Source: Candidatus Marinacidobacterales bacterium
Lineage (GTDB): Bacteria; Acidobacteriota; Vicinamibacteria; Marinacidobacterales; SMYC01
Assembly: GCA_965224085.1 (NCBI GenBank)
Contig: CBDCYI010000009.1
Span: 480,001-544,000, forward strand
Reading direction: 5' to 3'
Length of the DNA stretch: 64,000 nt
This document shows, piece after piece, positions 1 through 9,600 of this stretch. A model generated the notes under the pieces. It made no database searches. It worked only from the letters and a program-made list of their open reading frames with translations, and was not told the DNA's origin. The position numbers were made by a program, and so were the translations under genes. Positions within the stretch are counted from its first letter, which is position 1. Each line of letters begins with the position of its first letter.

Positions 1-580
1 TGCCGTCGTCGAACACTGCTTTGAATTGTCCCACCATTGTGCGGGCCACTTCGGCGGCCGTCTGATTGCGCGTGAACTGGTACCGGGTGGGGAACAAGTA
101 ACCTTCGAGATTGGGCGCGTCTCGGTCGAGCTTTGCAATCAGAGCCGCGTTTTCGAATGCGTCTTCGAGCTTTTCCGCGTCTGAGACACCGTGACTCGCC
201 AAGTGCTCGGCGATCTCGACGAGCGTCAAGCCTTCGGGAACGGTGACGCCGAACGTATAGATGTCGCCCGCGACGAGCCGGTCCAACACCTCCAATGTGG
301 AGAGCGGCTCCGAGAAGCGATACTCGCCTGCTTGAATCCGGTTCGTGTTGTCTCGAAGCCTGAGCGCCGCCTTGAAGATCCTCTCATCCTCGACGATACC
401 TGCTTCGTGGAGAGCGCGTGCGATGGACGCCCCGGCGGCCCCGCGCTCGACGGTGAAGAAAACTTCGTCGCCGAAATTCTTGTACGGCGTCTGCGCGGCC
501 TCGTAAGCGCTGTAAGCGACGGTGAAGGCGGCGGCCGCGGCGATGAGCAGAAGAAGAACGAGGACTTTGACGACGCGCAT
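1..580 (-). CDS. mltG: Endolytic transglycosylase MltG (YceG), runs off window start
   Basis: Manual translation from ATG at 580: N-terminal TM helix, IQAGEYRF, VTVPEGLT, NLEGYLFP; downstream of ruvX as usual. Confidence 0.9.
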   Translation of the reverse strand, partial: MRVVKVLVLLLLIAAAAAFTVAYSAYEAAQTPYKNFGDEVFFTVERGAAGASIARALHEAGIVEDERIFKAALRLRDNTNRIQAGEYRFSEPLSTLEVLDRLVAGDIYTFGVTVPEGLTLVEIAEHLASHGVSDAEKLEDAFENAALIAKLDRDAPNLEGYLFPTRYQFTRNQTAAEVARTMVGQFKAVFDDG

Positions 581-590
581 ATCGGAAGCC

Positions 591-1004
591 CTACCCGCTC
601 CTCGAATCCAGGTAGCCCTGGAGGATGAGTGCCGCAGCGACTTTGTCGATCGTCTGTTTGCGTTTCGCGCGCGACATGTCGGCTTCAAGAAGAGCGCGCT
701 CGGCAGAAACGGTCGTGAATCGCTCGTCCCAAGTCGTCACCGTGAGCTCGGTCGCCGCGCGGAGCGCCTCGATGAAGCGGCCGATTTTCTTTGCTTGAGG
801 TCCCTCGGAGCCGTCGAGCGACAAGGGCATTCCGACAAGAATCTCGGCGACGTCCTCGCTGCGCGCGAGCTCCAAGAGGTGCGCGATGTCTTTGCGGTTC
901 CCGCGGCGCTCAAGGGTTTGCTTGGGCGTCGCGATGACAGCACCTTCGTCGGAAAGAGCCACACCTATGCGCCTGTCGCCGACGTCGAGTCCCATTAAAC
1001 GCAT
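591..1004 (-). CDS. ruvX: YqgF/RuvX pre-16S rRNA nuclease
   Basis: [19 protein letters not shown]...VGMP...WDERFTT...[15 protein letters not shown]. Confidence 0.95.
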   Translation of the reverse strand: MRLMGLDVGDRRIGVALSDEGAVIATPKQTLERRGNRKDIAHLLELARSEDVAEILVGMPLSLDGSEGPQAKKIGRFIEALRAATELTVTTWDERFTTVSAERALLEADMSRAKRKQTIDKVAAALILQGYLDSRSG

Positions 1005-1060
1005 CGTTATATTAAGGTTAAAGAGAGTATAGACTTCGCTCGGAAAAGCGGTCAAACGAG

Positions 1061-2101
1061 ATGATTCTACTCGGCGCGTCCGGACTTGCGCTCGAAAGCG
1101 ACGATCGCACCCTCCTCTCCGCGCTGGCGCTTTCCGCGGCCACCGGGCGCGCCTTCCAATGGGAAGGTTTCCGCCGGCGAACGAAAGGGCTCTGTGCCAG
1201 CGAAGCGCAATGGGTCCAGTTCTTCGCTTCATTGTGCGATGCGAGAGCTTTCGCTGGCGAGCCCGGGGGCAGCGTCGTGGAGTTCCATCCCAAAACACCC
1301 GCTGTGGTTGTACCAGGCGAGCACGAGATATCCATTCCAGGCGACGAGCCTGCCCTCCCGTTTCTTCGTGCAGCGCTTTTCGCACTCGCACGGGCCGAAG
1401 GTGCGTCGCGCTTGGCGGTGAAAGGGAGCACGCACGCGCCGGGGAACGAGACGTTCGAAGTGACGAGCTCGACATGGACGGGAATGCTGAAGCCGCTCGG
1501 CGTCGAACTCGAGGTGCAGCTGGACTCTGCCGGATTTCTGCCGCGAGGCGGCGGCGAGATCACGGCGCGCGTGGCCGGCGGTGCGCGCTGGATGGGCGCC
1601 GATTGGTCGAAGCGGGATGAGCTCGACGCCATTCGAATCGTTTCCGCCGGAGCGTCGCTTCCTGCTCACGTCCAGCAGCGTCAGGCGGCTCGCGCTCGCT
1701 CGGGCGTCGCGATCTCGGGCATCGAGCCATCCGTACAGCTTTTGAAGCTCCGTGCCGGAAGCTCAGGAAGTGTCGTGGCCGTCACGGGATCCTTCGGAGG
1801 GCTCCGCGTCACAATGGCTTCGGTGAGCGAGCGGGGGAAGTCGGCCGAGACCGCCGGGGAAGAGGTTTCGGCTGCGTTTCGTCGCTACGCGCGACAGCCG
1901 CACGTCGTGCCTGAGGGCCTCGTGGACTCGCTCCTGCCTTTTCTCGCTTTCGCCGAAGCGCCGTCCACGCTTACCACGCCGCGCCTCCTGCCTCGCGCAC
2001 TCGCTGGCACGCAACTCGTCGAGGCGTTCACAGGGCGGAAAGTCGAAATCGACGGTGAGCCGAACGGCCCCGCGACCATCACGATCCCGCCTTCGCCCTG
2101 A
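1061..2101 (+). CDS. RNA 3'-terminal phosphate cyclase (RtcA)-like protein, catalytic motifs degenerate
   Basis: ALALSAATGRAF, GSTHAP, GFLPRGGGEI, ERGKSAE resemble RtcA; GEGGGQ and catalytic His not seen. Confidence 0.75.
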   Translation: MILLGASGLALESDDRTLLSALALSAATGRAFQWEGFRRRTKGLCASEAQWVQFFASLCDARAFAGEPGGSVVEFHPKTPAVVVPGEHEISIPGDEPALPFLRAALFALARAEGASRLAVKGSTHAPGNETFEVTSSTWTGMLKPLGVELEVQLDSAGFLPRGGGEITARVAGGARWMGADWSKRDELDAIRIVSAGASLPAHVQQRQAARARSGVAISGIEPSVQLLKLRAGSSGSVVAVTGSFGGLRVTMASVSERGKSAETAGEEVSAAFRRYARQPHVVPEGLVDSLLPFLAFAEAPSTLTTPRLLPRALAGTQLVEAFTGRKVEIDGEPNGPATITIPPSP

Positions 2102-2125
2102 CGGGCTTCGGCGAGGCAAGCCCGC
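2086..2125. repeat. REP-like palindromic repeat, copy 1
   Basis: CCCGCCTTCGCCCTGACGGGCTTCGGCGAGGCAAGCCCGC, similar to 7841-7879; both at gene 3' ends. Confidence 0.6.
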
Positions 2126-2214
2126 TGAGCGAGCACTGAGCGCTGGAGTTGCAAACTGCACGATGGGCTTGCATACTAAAACGCTTGGCTGCAACAAACT
2201 AGGAAAGATGCGAC

Positions 2215-3426
2215 ATGAGGCGCGCTAACCTCGCTCTATTGCTGGCTCTTTCCATGTCGGTTGCTCTGTTCGCAGGGGCTGAGTCGCCGGCTCCCGATGT
2301 CGACGCCCGCCTCGAAGACGAAGAAGCGAAGCTCGAGCTTTTGAACGAGAGGCTAGGCCTCCTGAACGAAGAGCTCTTGCAGCTGGATTCGAAGCAAACG
2401 ACACTTCTTGGTGAGCTGCACCGCTTCGATATCCAGATTCGCCTCGCGAACAAACAGCTCGAGCTTCTAGGTCTGGAGCTCAAACGCGGCTATCGTGAGA
2501 TCGACGAGAACCTGAAGCGTATCCAGGCCCTTCAAGCCTCCATCGCCGAGCTCATCCCCTACCTGAAGAGCAGGTCGGTGAGTCTGTACAAGCAAGGGCG
2601 GCTGAGCTATCTGCGGCTGCTTCTTTCCGTGGAGAAGCCTTCCGAACTGACGCGGGCCTACCGCTATGTCTCTCGTCTCGCGCGCGAGGATGGAAAGAAG
2701 ATGTCGCGCTTTCTCGACGATCAGAAAACATTGGAAGACACGAAAGCGCAGCTTCTTAGACAGACCGAAGCCGCCCTCGCGACACGCAAGCAGCTCCAGG
2801 CCGCGACCCGTACGCTCGCGAGCCGGCGGGAGAGCCGGGCGACGCTTCTCTACGAAATCGAGAGCCGCCGTGAGATGGCGGGAACTCTTGTGTACGAGCT
2901 CGAGCAGGCCCGCGAACAGCTCGGCGCCCTCCTTGAAACGTTGGCCGGGGGCGAGCCGCTGCCTGACGCTGCGACGGTCCACATTCCCATGCGCGTCTTC
3001 CAGGGTGAGCTCGGCTGGCCGCTTGACGGCACGCTCGAAGGGCGCTTCGGGACAGAGCTTCACCCGCGCTTCAAAACCGTGACGGTGCGGAACGGGATCG
3101 AGATAGACGCCCCGCTCGGCACACCGGTGGGCGCCGTTTACGACGGTGAGGTCGCCTTTGCCGCCTGGTTCGAAGGCTATGGCAAACTCCTCATCCTTCG
3201 CCACCCGGGACACGTCCACAGCCTCTACGGCTATCTCGATGATTTCACCGTTTCGCCCGGCGATTGGGTGGAGCAAGGCCAGCCCGTTGCCTCGGTCGGC
3301 GAGACGGGGTCGCTTGAGGGCGCACGGCTCTACTTCGAGATTCGGTTCGAGGGCGCCCCGGTCGACCCGGAGACCTGGCTCGATCCGTCGCGAAAGGTCG
3401 CACTTCCAATAAATGCCGCGAATTGA
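2215..3426 (+). CDS. EnvC-like murein hydrolase activator (coiled coil + M23)
   Basis: Signal peptide, long coiled coil, WPLDG...NGIEI...GYGKLLILRH...LYFEIR; Zn ligands degenerate as in EnvC. Confidence 0.85.
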   Translation: MRRANLALLLALSMSVALFAGAESPAPDVDARLEDEEAKLELLNERLGLLNEELLQLDSKQTTLLGELHRFDIQIRLANKQLELLGLELKRGYREIDENLKRIQALQASIAELIPYLKSRSVSLYKQGRLSYLRLLLSVEKPSELTRAYRYVSRLAREDGKKMSRFLDDQKTLEDTKAQLLRQTEAALATRKQLQAATRTLASRRESRATLLYEIESRREMAGTLVYELEQAREQLGALLETLAGGEPLPDAATVHIPMRVFQGELGWPLDGTLEGRFGTELHPRFKTVTVRNGIEIDAPLGTPVGAVYDGEVAFAAWFEGYGKLLILRHPGHVHSLYGYLDDFTVSPGDWVEQGQPVASVGETGSLEGARLYFEIRFEGAPVDPETWLDPSRKVALPINAAN

Positions 3427-3488
3427 CCCACGCCCACTGGCGCGGCAAAATAGCCATAGAGCCTTATCACTGGAGGATTTGCTAGCCC

Positions 3489-4643
3489 ATGAAGAAGGTA
3501 CGCGCCAAGCACCTCATTCTCACTTTCTCTCTCCCGTTCGTTCTCTACGCCATTCTCGGCGGATTTCTCGGCCGTGCCCTGGCGCGCGACAGCACCTACC
3601 GCTACCTCTCCGTTTTCCAGGACGTCGTCACCCTTCTCATGAACAACTATCTGGAGGCGCCGGAGATGGATGAGGTCATGGATGGCGCCATCCGCGGGAT
3701 GATGGAGGCTCTCGACACCGACAGTGTGTATCTCACGCCCGAGGAGTTCCAAGCTTTTCGTGACCCGAATGCGCAGCCGCAGGCGGGCATCGGCGTTGAA
3801 ATCACGAAGCGATACTATCTTCAGGTCGTAGCGGTGCTGCCGGGCTCGCCCGCCGAAGCCGCCGGGCTTCAGCCGGGCGATCAGCTGAAATCCATCGACG
3901 GCGAGAACACGCGCGAGACGAACGTCGTGGTCGGCGATACCAAGCTGAGAGGACCTGCAGGATCCAAGCTCGACCTCGAAGTGATTCGAGGACGCCAGCC
4001 GGAGCCCATCAAGATGACGGTGAATCGCCGTGACGTCGTCTCGTCACCCGTCGAGTTCGAGCTTCTCGAGGACAAAACCGGCTACATTCACGTGACATCC
4101 TTTCGCAGCCGGACGGCCACGGACGTCAAACGCAGCCTCGAGATGCTTAAAGGCCACGGCGTGTTGCGCATCGTTCTTGACGTGCGGAACAGTTTCGGGC
4201 GCCTTGCCGAAGATGGCGCCCATGTCGCCGAGCTCTTTGTGCCTGGTGGCGTCGCAGCTCGGCTGCAGTCGCGCAGCGGTGAGACAACCGACGTGACGCT
4301 AGCGTTCGACGAGGTCGCCTTCGACGGACCGACGGCCGTTCTCATCAATCGAGGAAGCTCGGGCGCCGGCGAGATCGTCGCCAGTGCCTTTCGCTCCGCC
4401 AAGCGCGGGGAGCTCATCGGCATCCAGACCTCCGGCCGCAGCGCGGTGCAAAAAACTATTTCGCTCGGAGATGGTGCCGGCATCATACTCTCGGTGGGCC
4501 AGTATTGGACCCCGGACGGGAAAGCCATGCTGGGTGAAGGCCTCGAGCCGACGATCGAAGTGAGCCGCCCCCCCGACACCCCCAAAGACAAAGACCCCGT
4601 GCTCGACAAGGCTCTCGAGGTCCTTGCTGAAGAGAGCGCTTGA
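3489..4643 (+). CDS. S41 (CtpA-like) PDZ protease homologue, probably inactive
   Basis: GAIRGMMEALD, PDZ (GSPAEAAGL), GYIHVTSF, LDVRN; catalytic SASASE/GKG replaced by SSGAGE/GRS. Confidence 0.85.
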   Translation: MKKVRAKHLILTFSLPFVLYAILGGFLGRALARDSTYRYLSVFQDVVTLLMNNYLEAPEMDEVMDGAIRGMMEALDTDSVYLTPEEFQAFRDPNAQPQAGIGVEITKRYYLQVVAVLPGSPAEAAGLQPGDQLKSIDGENTRETNVVVGDTKLRGPAGSKLDLEVIRGRQPEPIKMTVNRRDVVSSPVEFELLEDKTGYIHVTSFRSRTATDVKRSLEMLKGHGVLRIVLDVRNSFGRLAEDGAHVAELFVPGGVAARLQSRSGETTDVTLAFDEVAFDGPTAVLINRGSSGAGEIVASAFRSAKRGELIGIQTSGRSAVQKTISLGDGAGIILSVGQYWTPDGKAMLGEGLEPTIEVSRPPDTPKDKDPVLDKALEVLAEESA

Positions 4644-4891
4644 TCAGCATTCAGCATTCAGGATCGCCGTGCCTGCGGTTTTTGCCGCGGGATCCTGAAC
4701 AACGAGCGCGACGCGCACTAAGCGCGAGCCTTGTAAACCTGAAAGCTGTTGAAAGTAACTCACTCGCGTCCGCAGAAAAGCCTGAACAAAATTCTCGTTT
4801 CTGACCGTTTAGAGTTTAAAAGCGGTGGGCCGTGCCCACGATCCGACAAGACGACACGGCCTCAGTCCTGCCGAATGCTGAATGCCGCAAG

Positions 4892-4929
4892 AAAAAGCCG
4901 GCAGCCCCAAAGGGGACCACCGGCCTTTC
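4892..4929 (-). terminator. Rho-independent terminator after GWxTD gene
   Basis: GCCGG..CCCC-AAA-GGGG..CCGGC hairpin followed by a T-run on the minus strand. Confidence 0.55.
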
Positions 4930-4941
4930 CAGTTAAAGCAA

Positions 4942-6489
4942 CTAGCCTGCGATGACGAACTCCAGCTCTTCTTTGAGCCTCTCGCCTTTGATTTTGTCCG
5001 TCACGTGGATCTCGATCTTGTACGTGCCGGGCTCCTTGAAGTTCGGGATGTTGAGCGGGATTTCGAGGATTGTGAGGGCCATCTCCGCGCTCTGTAGCAT
5101 GAACGGCCCTTCCCTCGTCTGCCCGCGTCCTTGTCCGTCTTTGAAGAAGCGAACCTGAACGGTCAGGTCGGGCTTGTCACCCTCGACGCCGAAGTTATAG
5201 GCGTGGAAGACGACAGCTAGCTCATCTTCGGTGGTGTAGACCGACCCGCGCTTGGGCGTGAAGTGGTAGCCTCCCAGGAGGAAGGCATTTCCGAACTGCG
5301 CCATCGTCTCGCCGGTTTGCTCGGCATCCGAGAACATCAACAGGGAGGAGAGCTTTAGCTTGCCCGACGCGAAGTCGGGGACCTCGAGGTCGATGATCTG
5401 CGTTCCGTGGACTTGCGATTCATCGAGCAAGCCGACGTAAAGCGTGTGAAGGCCGGGGAGGAGCTGCAGCGGCCACTCATACGCGTGCTTGCCGTCCGCG
5501 GTCTTCGAGACTTTTGCGAGCTCCTCGAACTGGTAAATCTCGAAGCCGTCGGCGTTCTCGACCGAGCCGAAGATGGTGACGTCTTCTTTGCTCAGGCCTT
5601 CGGAAATAACTACGTCGATGGCGATGAAAACTTGCCCGGCGGAGGAGCTGAAGAAAACGGGGCTCAGGGTAAAACCGATATCCGTGCTGATCTCTCCCGT
5701 TTCACGAAGAGAGGCGAGGAGCAACTTGGCCGGGCTGTTGGGGTCGAACTTGTTGTCCGGCTTTCTTAGACGGCCCTTTTCGTCAAGCGCATAGTTGATA
5801 CCGGGATTTGTGATGAAACGCTCCTTGACGCGCTCGAGCCGCTCGGCGATGTCGTTGCCGTTCGAGAGGCGAAATCCGAACTGCGCTTGGTTGCGGAACT
5901 CGACCGCGAGACCGTCCGGGATACCCGCTTGCGGGTTCGGATCGTAGACCCAAGTAATGTTGGGGTTGTCCCCGCCTCTCAGATCCTGCGAGAACTCGGA
6001 GCTTCCAACGCCGCCGCCACCTGGTTCTTCGGGGCCACCGGGGCCACCGCCGCCAGCGCCACCCCCACCCCCACCGGCAGCGTCGGCAGTCGGATTTCCG
6101 CCTGCGCCAGCCGTTCGGCCGCGCTGCTGCTGGGACGGGGGTCCGAGAAGTAAGAAAATCTTGCCCATGTCGTTCTCGGAGCCCTTGGCGCCCCGGGTTT
6201 TGAAATTCTTGTCGGCGACTTTGATCCCTGCTTCGTAACCTTTCTTGAACTCGTTCTCTTGGGTTCCGCGGTTAGAATCGCGGCGCATCCAGAAAAGCTC
6301 TTTGAAGAGCTTTCTGTCGTCCTTGCTGATTTGCTGGAACGTCGCGGTTTCTTGCTTTGTGATGATGGGGCCGACTTCTGTCTCCATCCACTTTTTATCG
6401 CCTTTGCTCAGCTTGTCCTGGGCGAGGCCGGTGGCGGCGAAGCCGATTAGGCTAAAGAAGGCAAGAGTCCGCAATCGTTTGTTAAACAT
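4942..6489 (-). CDS. GWxTD domain-containing secreted protein
   Basis: Signal peptide MFNKRL..., KWMETEVGPIIT, FWMRRD, GSENDMGKIFLLLGPP, Gly-rich linker, C-terminal Ig-like region. Confidence 0.8.
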   Translation of the reverse strand: MFNKRLRTLAFFSLIGFAATGLAQDKLSKGDKKWMETEVGPIITKQETATFQQISKDDRKLFKELFWMRRDSNRGTQENEFKKGYEAGIKVADKNFKTRGAKGSENDMGKIFLLLGPPSQQQRGRTAGAGGNPTADAAGGGGGGAGGGGPGGPEEPGGGGVGSSEFSQDLRGGDNPNITWVYDPNPQAGIPDGLAVEFRNQAQFGFRLSNGNDIAERLERVKERFITNPGINYALDEKGRLRKPDNKFDPNSPAKLLLASLRETGEISTDIGFTLSPVFFSSSAGQVFIAIDVVISEGLSKEDVTIFGSVENADGFEIYQFEELAKVSKTADGKHAYEWPLQLLPGLHTLYVGLLDESQVHGTQIIDLEVPDFASGKLKLSSLLMFSDAEQTGETMAQFGNAFLLGGYHFTPKRGSVYTTEDELAVVFHAYNFGVEGDKPDLTVQVRFFKDGQGRGQTREGPFMLQSAEMALTILEIPLNIPNFKEPGTYKIEIHVTDKIKGERLKEELEFVIAG

Positions 6490-6629
6490 CAAGGTCTCCT
6501 TTTTTCGTCGAGGTCCGGGCGTCCCGGACACGCAGATGCCTGGCCGAACAGCGCCCGCCGAAGGATACGCTGCTTCGAATCGAAGCGCAAATCGCACCGG
6601 CGCACCGCGGCGACCCTCGTGCAAGTCGC

Positions 6630-7838
6630 GTGCTATACTGCCGTTTGGGGCATGTCATAAAAGCAAATCGCTTTCCCTTTCTGTTATTAGTGGCGTTTTT
6701 GGCCCTCTTGGGGCTCGCCGTGGGCTGCGCCTCCATCAAGAGGGTACAGTACACGCCAGACGAGGTCATCGCGAACCTCCGTACCCGAATTCCAGACGAG
6801 GACGTCCAGAAGATCGTCGTTCCCTATGACATCAACGACGAGATCCGGCAGGTCGCCATCGAGTCCGTCAAAGGCGTTCGCACCGACCACGACAAGACGC
6901 GAGCCATCGTCCACGCCATCGTCAGCCGTACCGGCATGTCGATCTCCTACGACTGGCTGTCGAACAAAACGGCACAGCAAGTTTTCTACGAAGGCACAGG
7001 CAGCTGTCTCGCCTACACGAACCTCTTTATAGGTATGGCTCGGGAAGTAGGCATCGACGCGGTCTACGTGGATGTCACCACCATCGAGACCATCTCGAAA
7101 GAAGCGGACGTCATCGTCAATAACGGCCACATCACCGGGGGCGTGCGTTACGGGCCGGAGCTCCGGATGATCGACTTTGACCGCACACCCGAAAGGGAAT
7201 ATATGGGCGCGAAAGTCATCGACGACTTCGAGGCGATCGCGAACTACTACAACAATCAAGGTTTTCTCTACGGCTACTTCGCTGAGACCGCTGGCGACCT
7301 CGGCGACAACTTCGACCCGAAGGCCGCCGAGCTCGAAATGTACGAGATGGCGCTCGACGTCTATCCGAACTATTACCGCGCCCTCAACAATCTCGGCGTC
7401 GCGCTCAAGAAGCGCGGGCTCGTCGACCGAGCCATCGAGAGTTATCTCCTCGCGCTTCAAGACGATCCCAAATTCGCCGAGGCGCGCTCGAACTTGGGCG
7501 CCGCTTATTACTCGCTAGGCCGCGTGGACGACGCGATCCGCGAGTTCGAATTGGCGGCCAAAGCGAGCGGATCGAACGCTTATTACTACCATCACCTCGG
7601 GGTTATCCAGTTCCAGCAGGGAAATTACAAAGACGCTCTCGACCACTTCAAAAAGGCCGTGTCGCGAGACAGAAGCATTGCGGATGCCCGCTACTACGTA
7701 GGCGAGTCCTACATGAAGCTCGGCAATCAGAAAAAAGCGATCGAGGCCTATCGCAAGACTCTCGAAACCGATCCGAACCATCTCTCGGCGCGCGCCAAGC
7801 TTGACAGGCTCGTCGTGTCTGCCAACAAGTCACCGTAA
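6630..7838 (+). CDS. Lipoprotein with transglutaminase-like domain and TPR repeats
   Basis: Lipobox LAVGC, GSCLAYTNLF/NGHI/IDFD triad, several TPR repeats; start uncertain. Confidence 0.75.
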   Translation: MLYCRLGHVIKANRFPFLLLVAFLALLGLAVGCASIKRVQYTPDEVIANLRTRIPDEDVQKIVVPYDINDEIRQVAIESVKGVRTDHDKTRAIVHAIVSRTGMSISYDWLSNKTAQQVFYEGTGSCLAYTNLFIGMAREVGIDAVYVDVTTIETISKEADVIVNNGHITGGVRYGPELRMIDFDRTPEREYMGAKVIDDFEAIANYYNNQGFLYGYFAETAGDLGDNFDPKAAELEMYEMALDVYPNYYRALNNLGVALKKRGLVDRAIESYLLALQDDPKFAEARSNLGAAYYSLGRVDDAIREFELAAKASGSNAYYYHHLGVIQFQQGNYKDALDHFKKAVSRDRSIADARYYVGESYMKLGNQKKAIEAYRKTLETDPNHLSARAKLDRLVVSANKSP

Positions 7839-7840
7839 GC

Positions 7841-7879
7841 CCCGCCTACGCCCTTCGGGCTTCGGCGAGGTGAACCCGC
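7841..7879. repeat. REP-like palindromic repeat, copy 2
   Basis: CCCGCCTACGCCCTTCGGGCTTCGGCGAGGTGAACCCGC. Confidence 0.6.
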
Positions 7880-7903
7880 TTCCGAGTCCTCCCTGCCACA
7901 CCC

Positions 7904-7925
7904 TGCTATAATCCCGCGAAGGAGG
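7904..7925 (+). promoter_or_regulatory. Extended -10 promoter and Shine-Dalgarno of hflX
   Basis: TGcTATAAT at 7904-7912, AAGGAGG at 7919-7925. Confidence 0.6.
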
Positions 7926-7935
7926 GTCGCTAGCG

Positions 7936-9600
7936 ATTCACAGACTCGAAGGAAACGTCACGGGCTTGAAAGGCCGGCAAAAAAAGCAGCTCGAAAAGCT
8001 CTACATGCGCCGGTTGCCCCCGCGAGAGCTCGTAACGCAAGACTTTGCGCGCCGCCTCACGGAAATCTCCCGGGAGATCCGCCGCCAGGTCGGTGTTCTC
8101 GTAACCCGCAAAGGTGAGGTCGAGTGGGTCATCGTAGGTAGCGCCAAGCAGATCGTCCTCCCCGATTTGAAACGCCTCCGCGTCGCGGAGCGGCGCTTTC
8201 GCGGCCTTCGCTGTCTGCACACGCATCTTTCGAAAGAACCGTTGACCCGGGACGATCTCACGGATCTCGCGCTTCTTCGGCTCGACGCGATGTGCGCCAT
8301 CGAAGCGCTCGACGACGGACTTCCCGGGATCGTGCGGACCGCCCATCTCACGCCGGCATCTGCAGGGGACAACGGTTCCGAGCCGTGGGAGCTTATGCCA
8401 GAAGCACTCCCCAGTCAGATCGACCTCGACTTCGTCGAGTTCATCACCCATCTCGAGGAAGAATTCGCGGAAAAACGCGGCGAGCACCATCGATTCGACC
8501 AGCGCGAGCGTGCGATTCTCGTCGGCGTGACGACCGGAAGTGTTTCAGAACAACGCGAGCGCCTCGCGGAGCTCGGGGAGCTCGCCCAATTTACGGACGT
8601 CGTCGTTCTCGACACGCTGGTACAGCGACGGGCCAAGCTCGATCGGCGCTACCTCGTCGGCAAAGGCAAGATCGAGGAGCTCGTCATCCAGTCGCTTCAA
8701 AAAGGCGCGGACCTCATCATCTTCGACCGAAACCTCACGCCGGCGCAGGTGCGCTCGATCGCGGCGGCGACCGACTTGAAGATTCTCGACCGGACTCAGC
8801 TCATTCTCGACATCTTCGCCCGACGCGCGCAGAGCCGGGAAGGCAAGCTCCAGGTCGAACTCGCGCAGCTGCGCTACATGCTCCCGCGTCTCACCGAGAT
8901 GGACACCGCACTGTCGCGTCTGACGGGAGGCATCGGAGGCCGCGGCCCCGGCGAAACGAAGCTCGAGATCGATCGACGGCGCGCGCGTGACCGCGTCGCC
9001 AGACTCCAGAGATCGATCGAGGAGATTCGGCGCAAGCGGGGTGAACGGCGCAAAAGACGTCTGGGTAAGGGGCTCCCAATCGTGACGCTCGTTGGCTACA
9101 CGAATGCGGGCAAGTCGAGTCTACTGAACAGGCTCACAGAAAGCACCGTGGCTGCCGGAAACCGCATGTTCGAAACGCTCGATCCGACGACCCGGCGTTT
9201 GCGCGTGCCGGTCGAGAAGGAGGTGCTTCTCGCCGATACGGTCGGGTTCATTCGAGACTTGCCGCCGGAGCTCATCGAGGCCTTTCGTGCGACGCTCGAA
9301 GAGATCGAGACCTCAGTTTTGATCCTGCATGTCGTCGACGCTTCGTCGCCCGAGTCTCGTGAGCGCATGGACTCCGTCGCGACGATTCTCTCGGAGCTCG
9401 AGCTCGACGACATCCCGCAGCTCGTCATATTTAACAAGAGTGACCTCTTGTCTTGCGACGAACGTGCCGCGCTCGGCTGGCTGCCCGATTCCATCGTTGT
9501 TTCGGCGCTGACGGGTGATGGCATGGACGCGGTCGTCGCGCGCGTCGGCGCGTTCGTGAAGACACCCCAACCCGTCGTCAGCTATCCCAGCTCTTCGTAG
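7936..9600 (+). CDS. hflX: GTPase HflX, long form; likely ATT start at 7936 (TTG 7966 alternative)
   Basis: GRGPGETKLE, GYTNAGKS, DTVGF, NKSD; N-terminal extension with LHTH. Confidence 0.95.
   Translation: MHRLEGNVTGLKGRQKKQLEKLYMRRLPPRELVTQDFARRLTEISREIRRQVGVLVTRKGEVEWVIVGSAKQIVLPDLKRLRVAERRFRGLRCLHTHLSKEPLTRDDLTDLALLRLDAMCAIEALDDGLPGIVRTAHLTPASAGDNGSEPWELMPEALPSQIDLDFVEFITHLEEEFAEKRGEHHRFDQRERAILVGVTTGSVSEQRERLAELGELAQFTDVVVLDTLVQRRAKLDRRYLVGKGKIEELVIQSLQKGADLIIFDRNLTPAQVRSIAAATDLKILDRTQLILDIFARRAQSREGKLQVELAQLRYMLPRLTEMDTALSRLTGGIGGRGPGETKLEIDRRRARDRVARLQRSIEEIRRKRGERRKRRLGKGLPIVTLVGYTNAGKSSLLNRLTESTVAAGNRMFETLDPTTRRLRVPVEKEVLLADTVGFIRDLPPELIEAFRATLEEIETSVLILHVVDASSPESRERMDSVATILSELELDDIPQLVIFNKSDLLSCDERAALGWLPDSIVVSALTGDGMDAVVARVGAFVKTPQPVVSYPSSS

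Noticed and set aside
591-1475. 294-aa ORF as extended RuvX
   Set aside because: Extension is antisense to the RtcA-like gene; homology starts at 1004
5990-6120. G/C-rich low-complexity repeat
   Set aside because: Encodes the Gly-rich linker of the GWxTD protein
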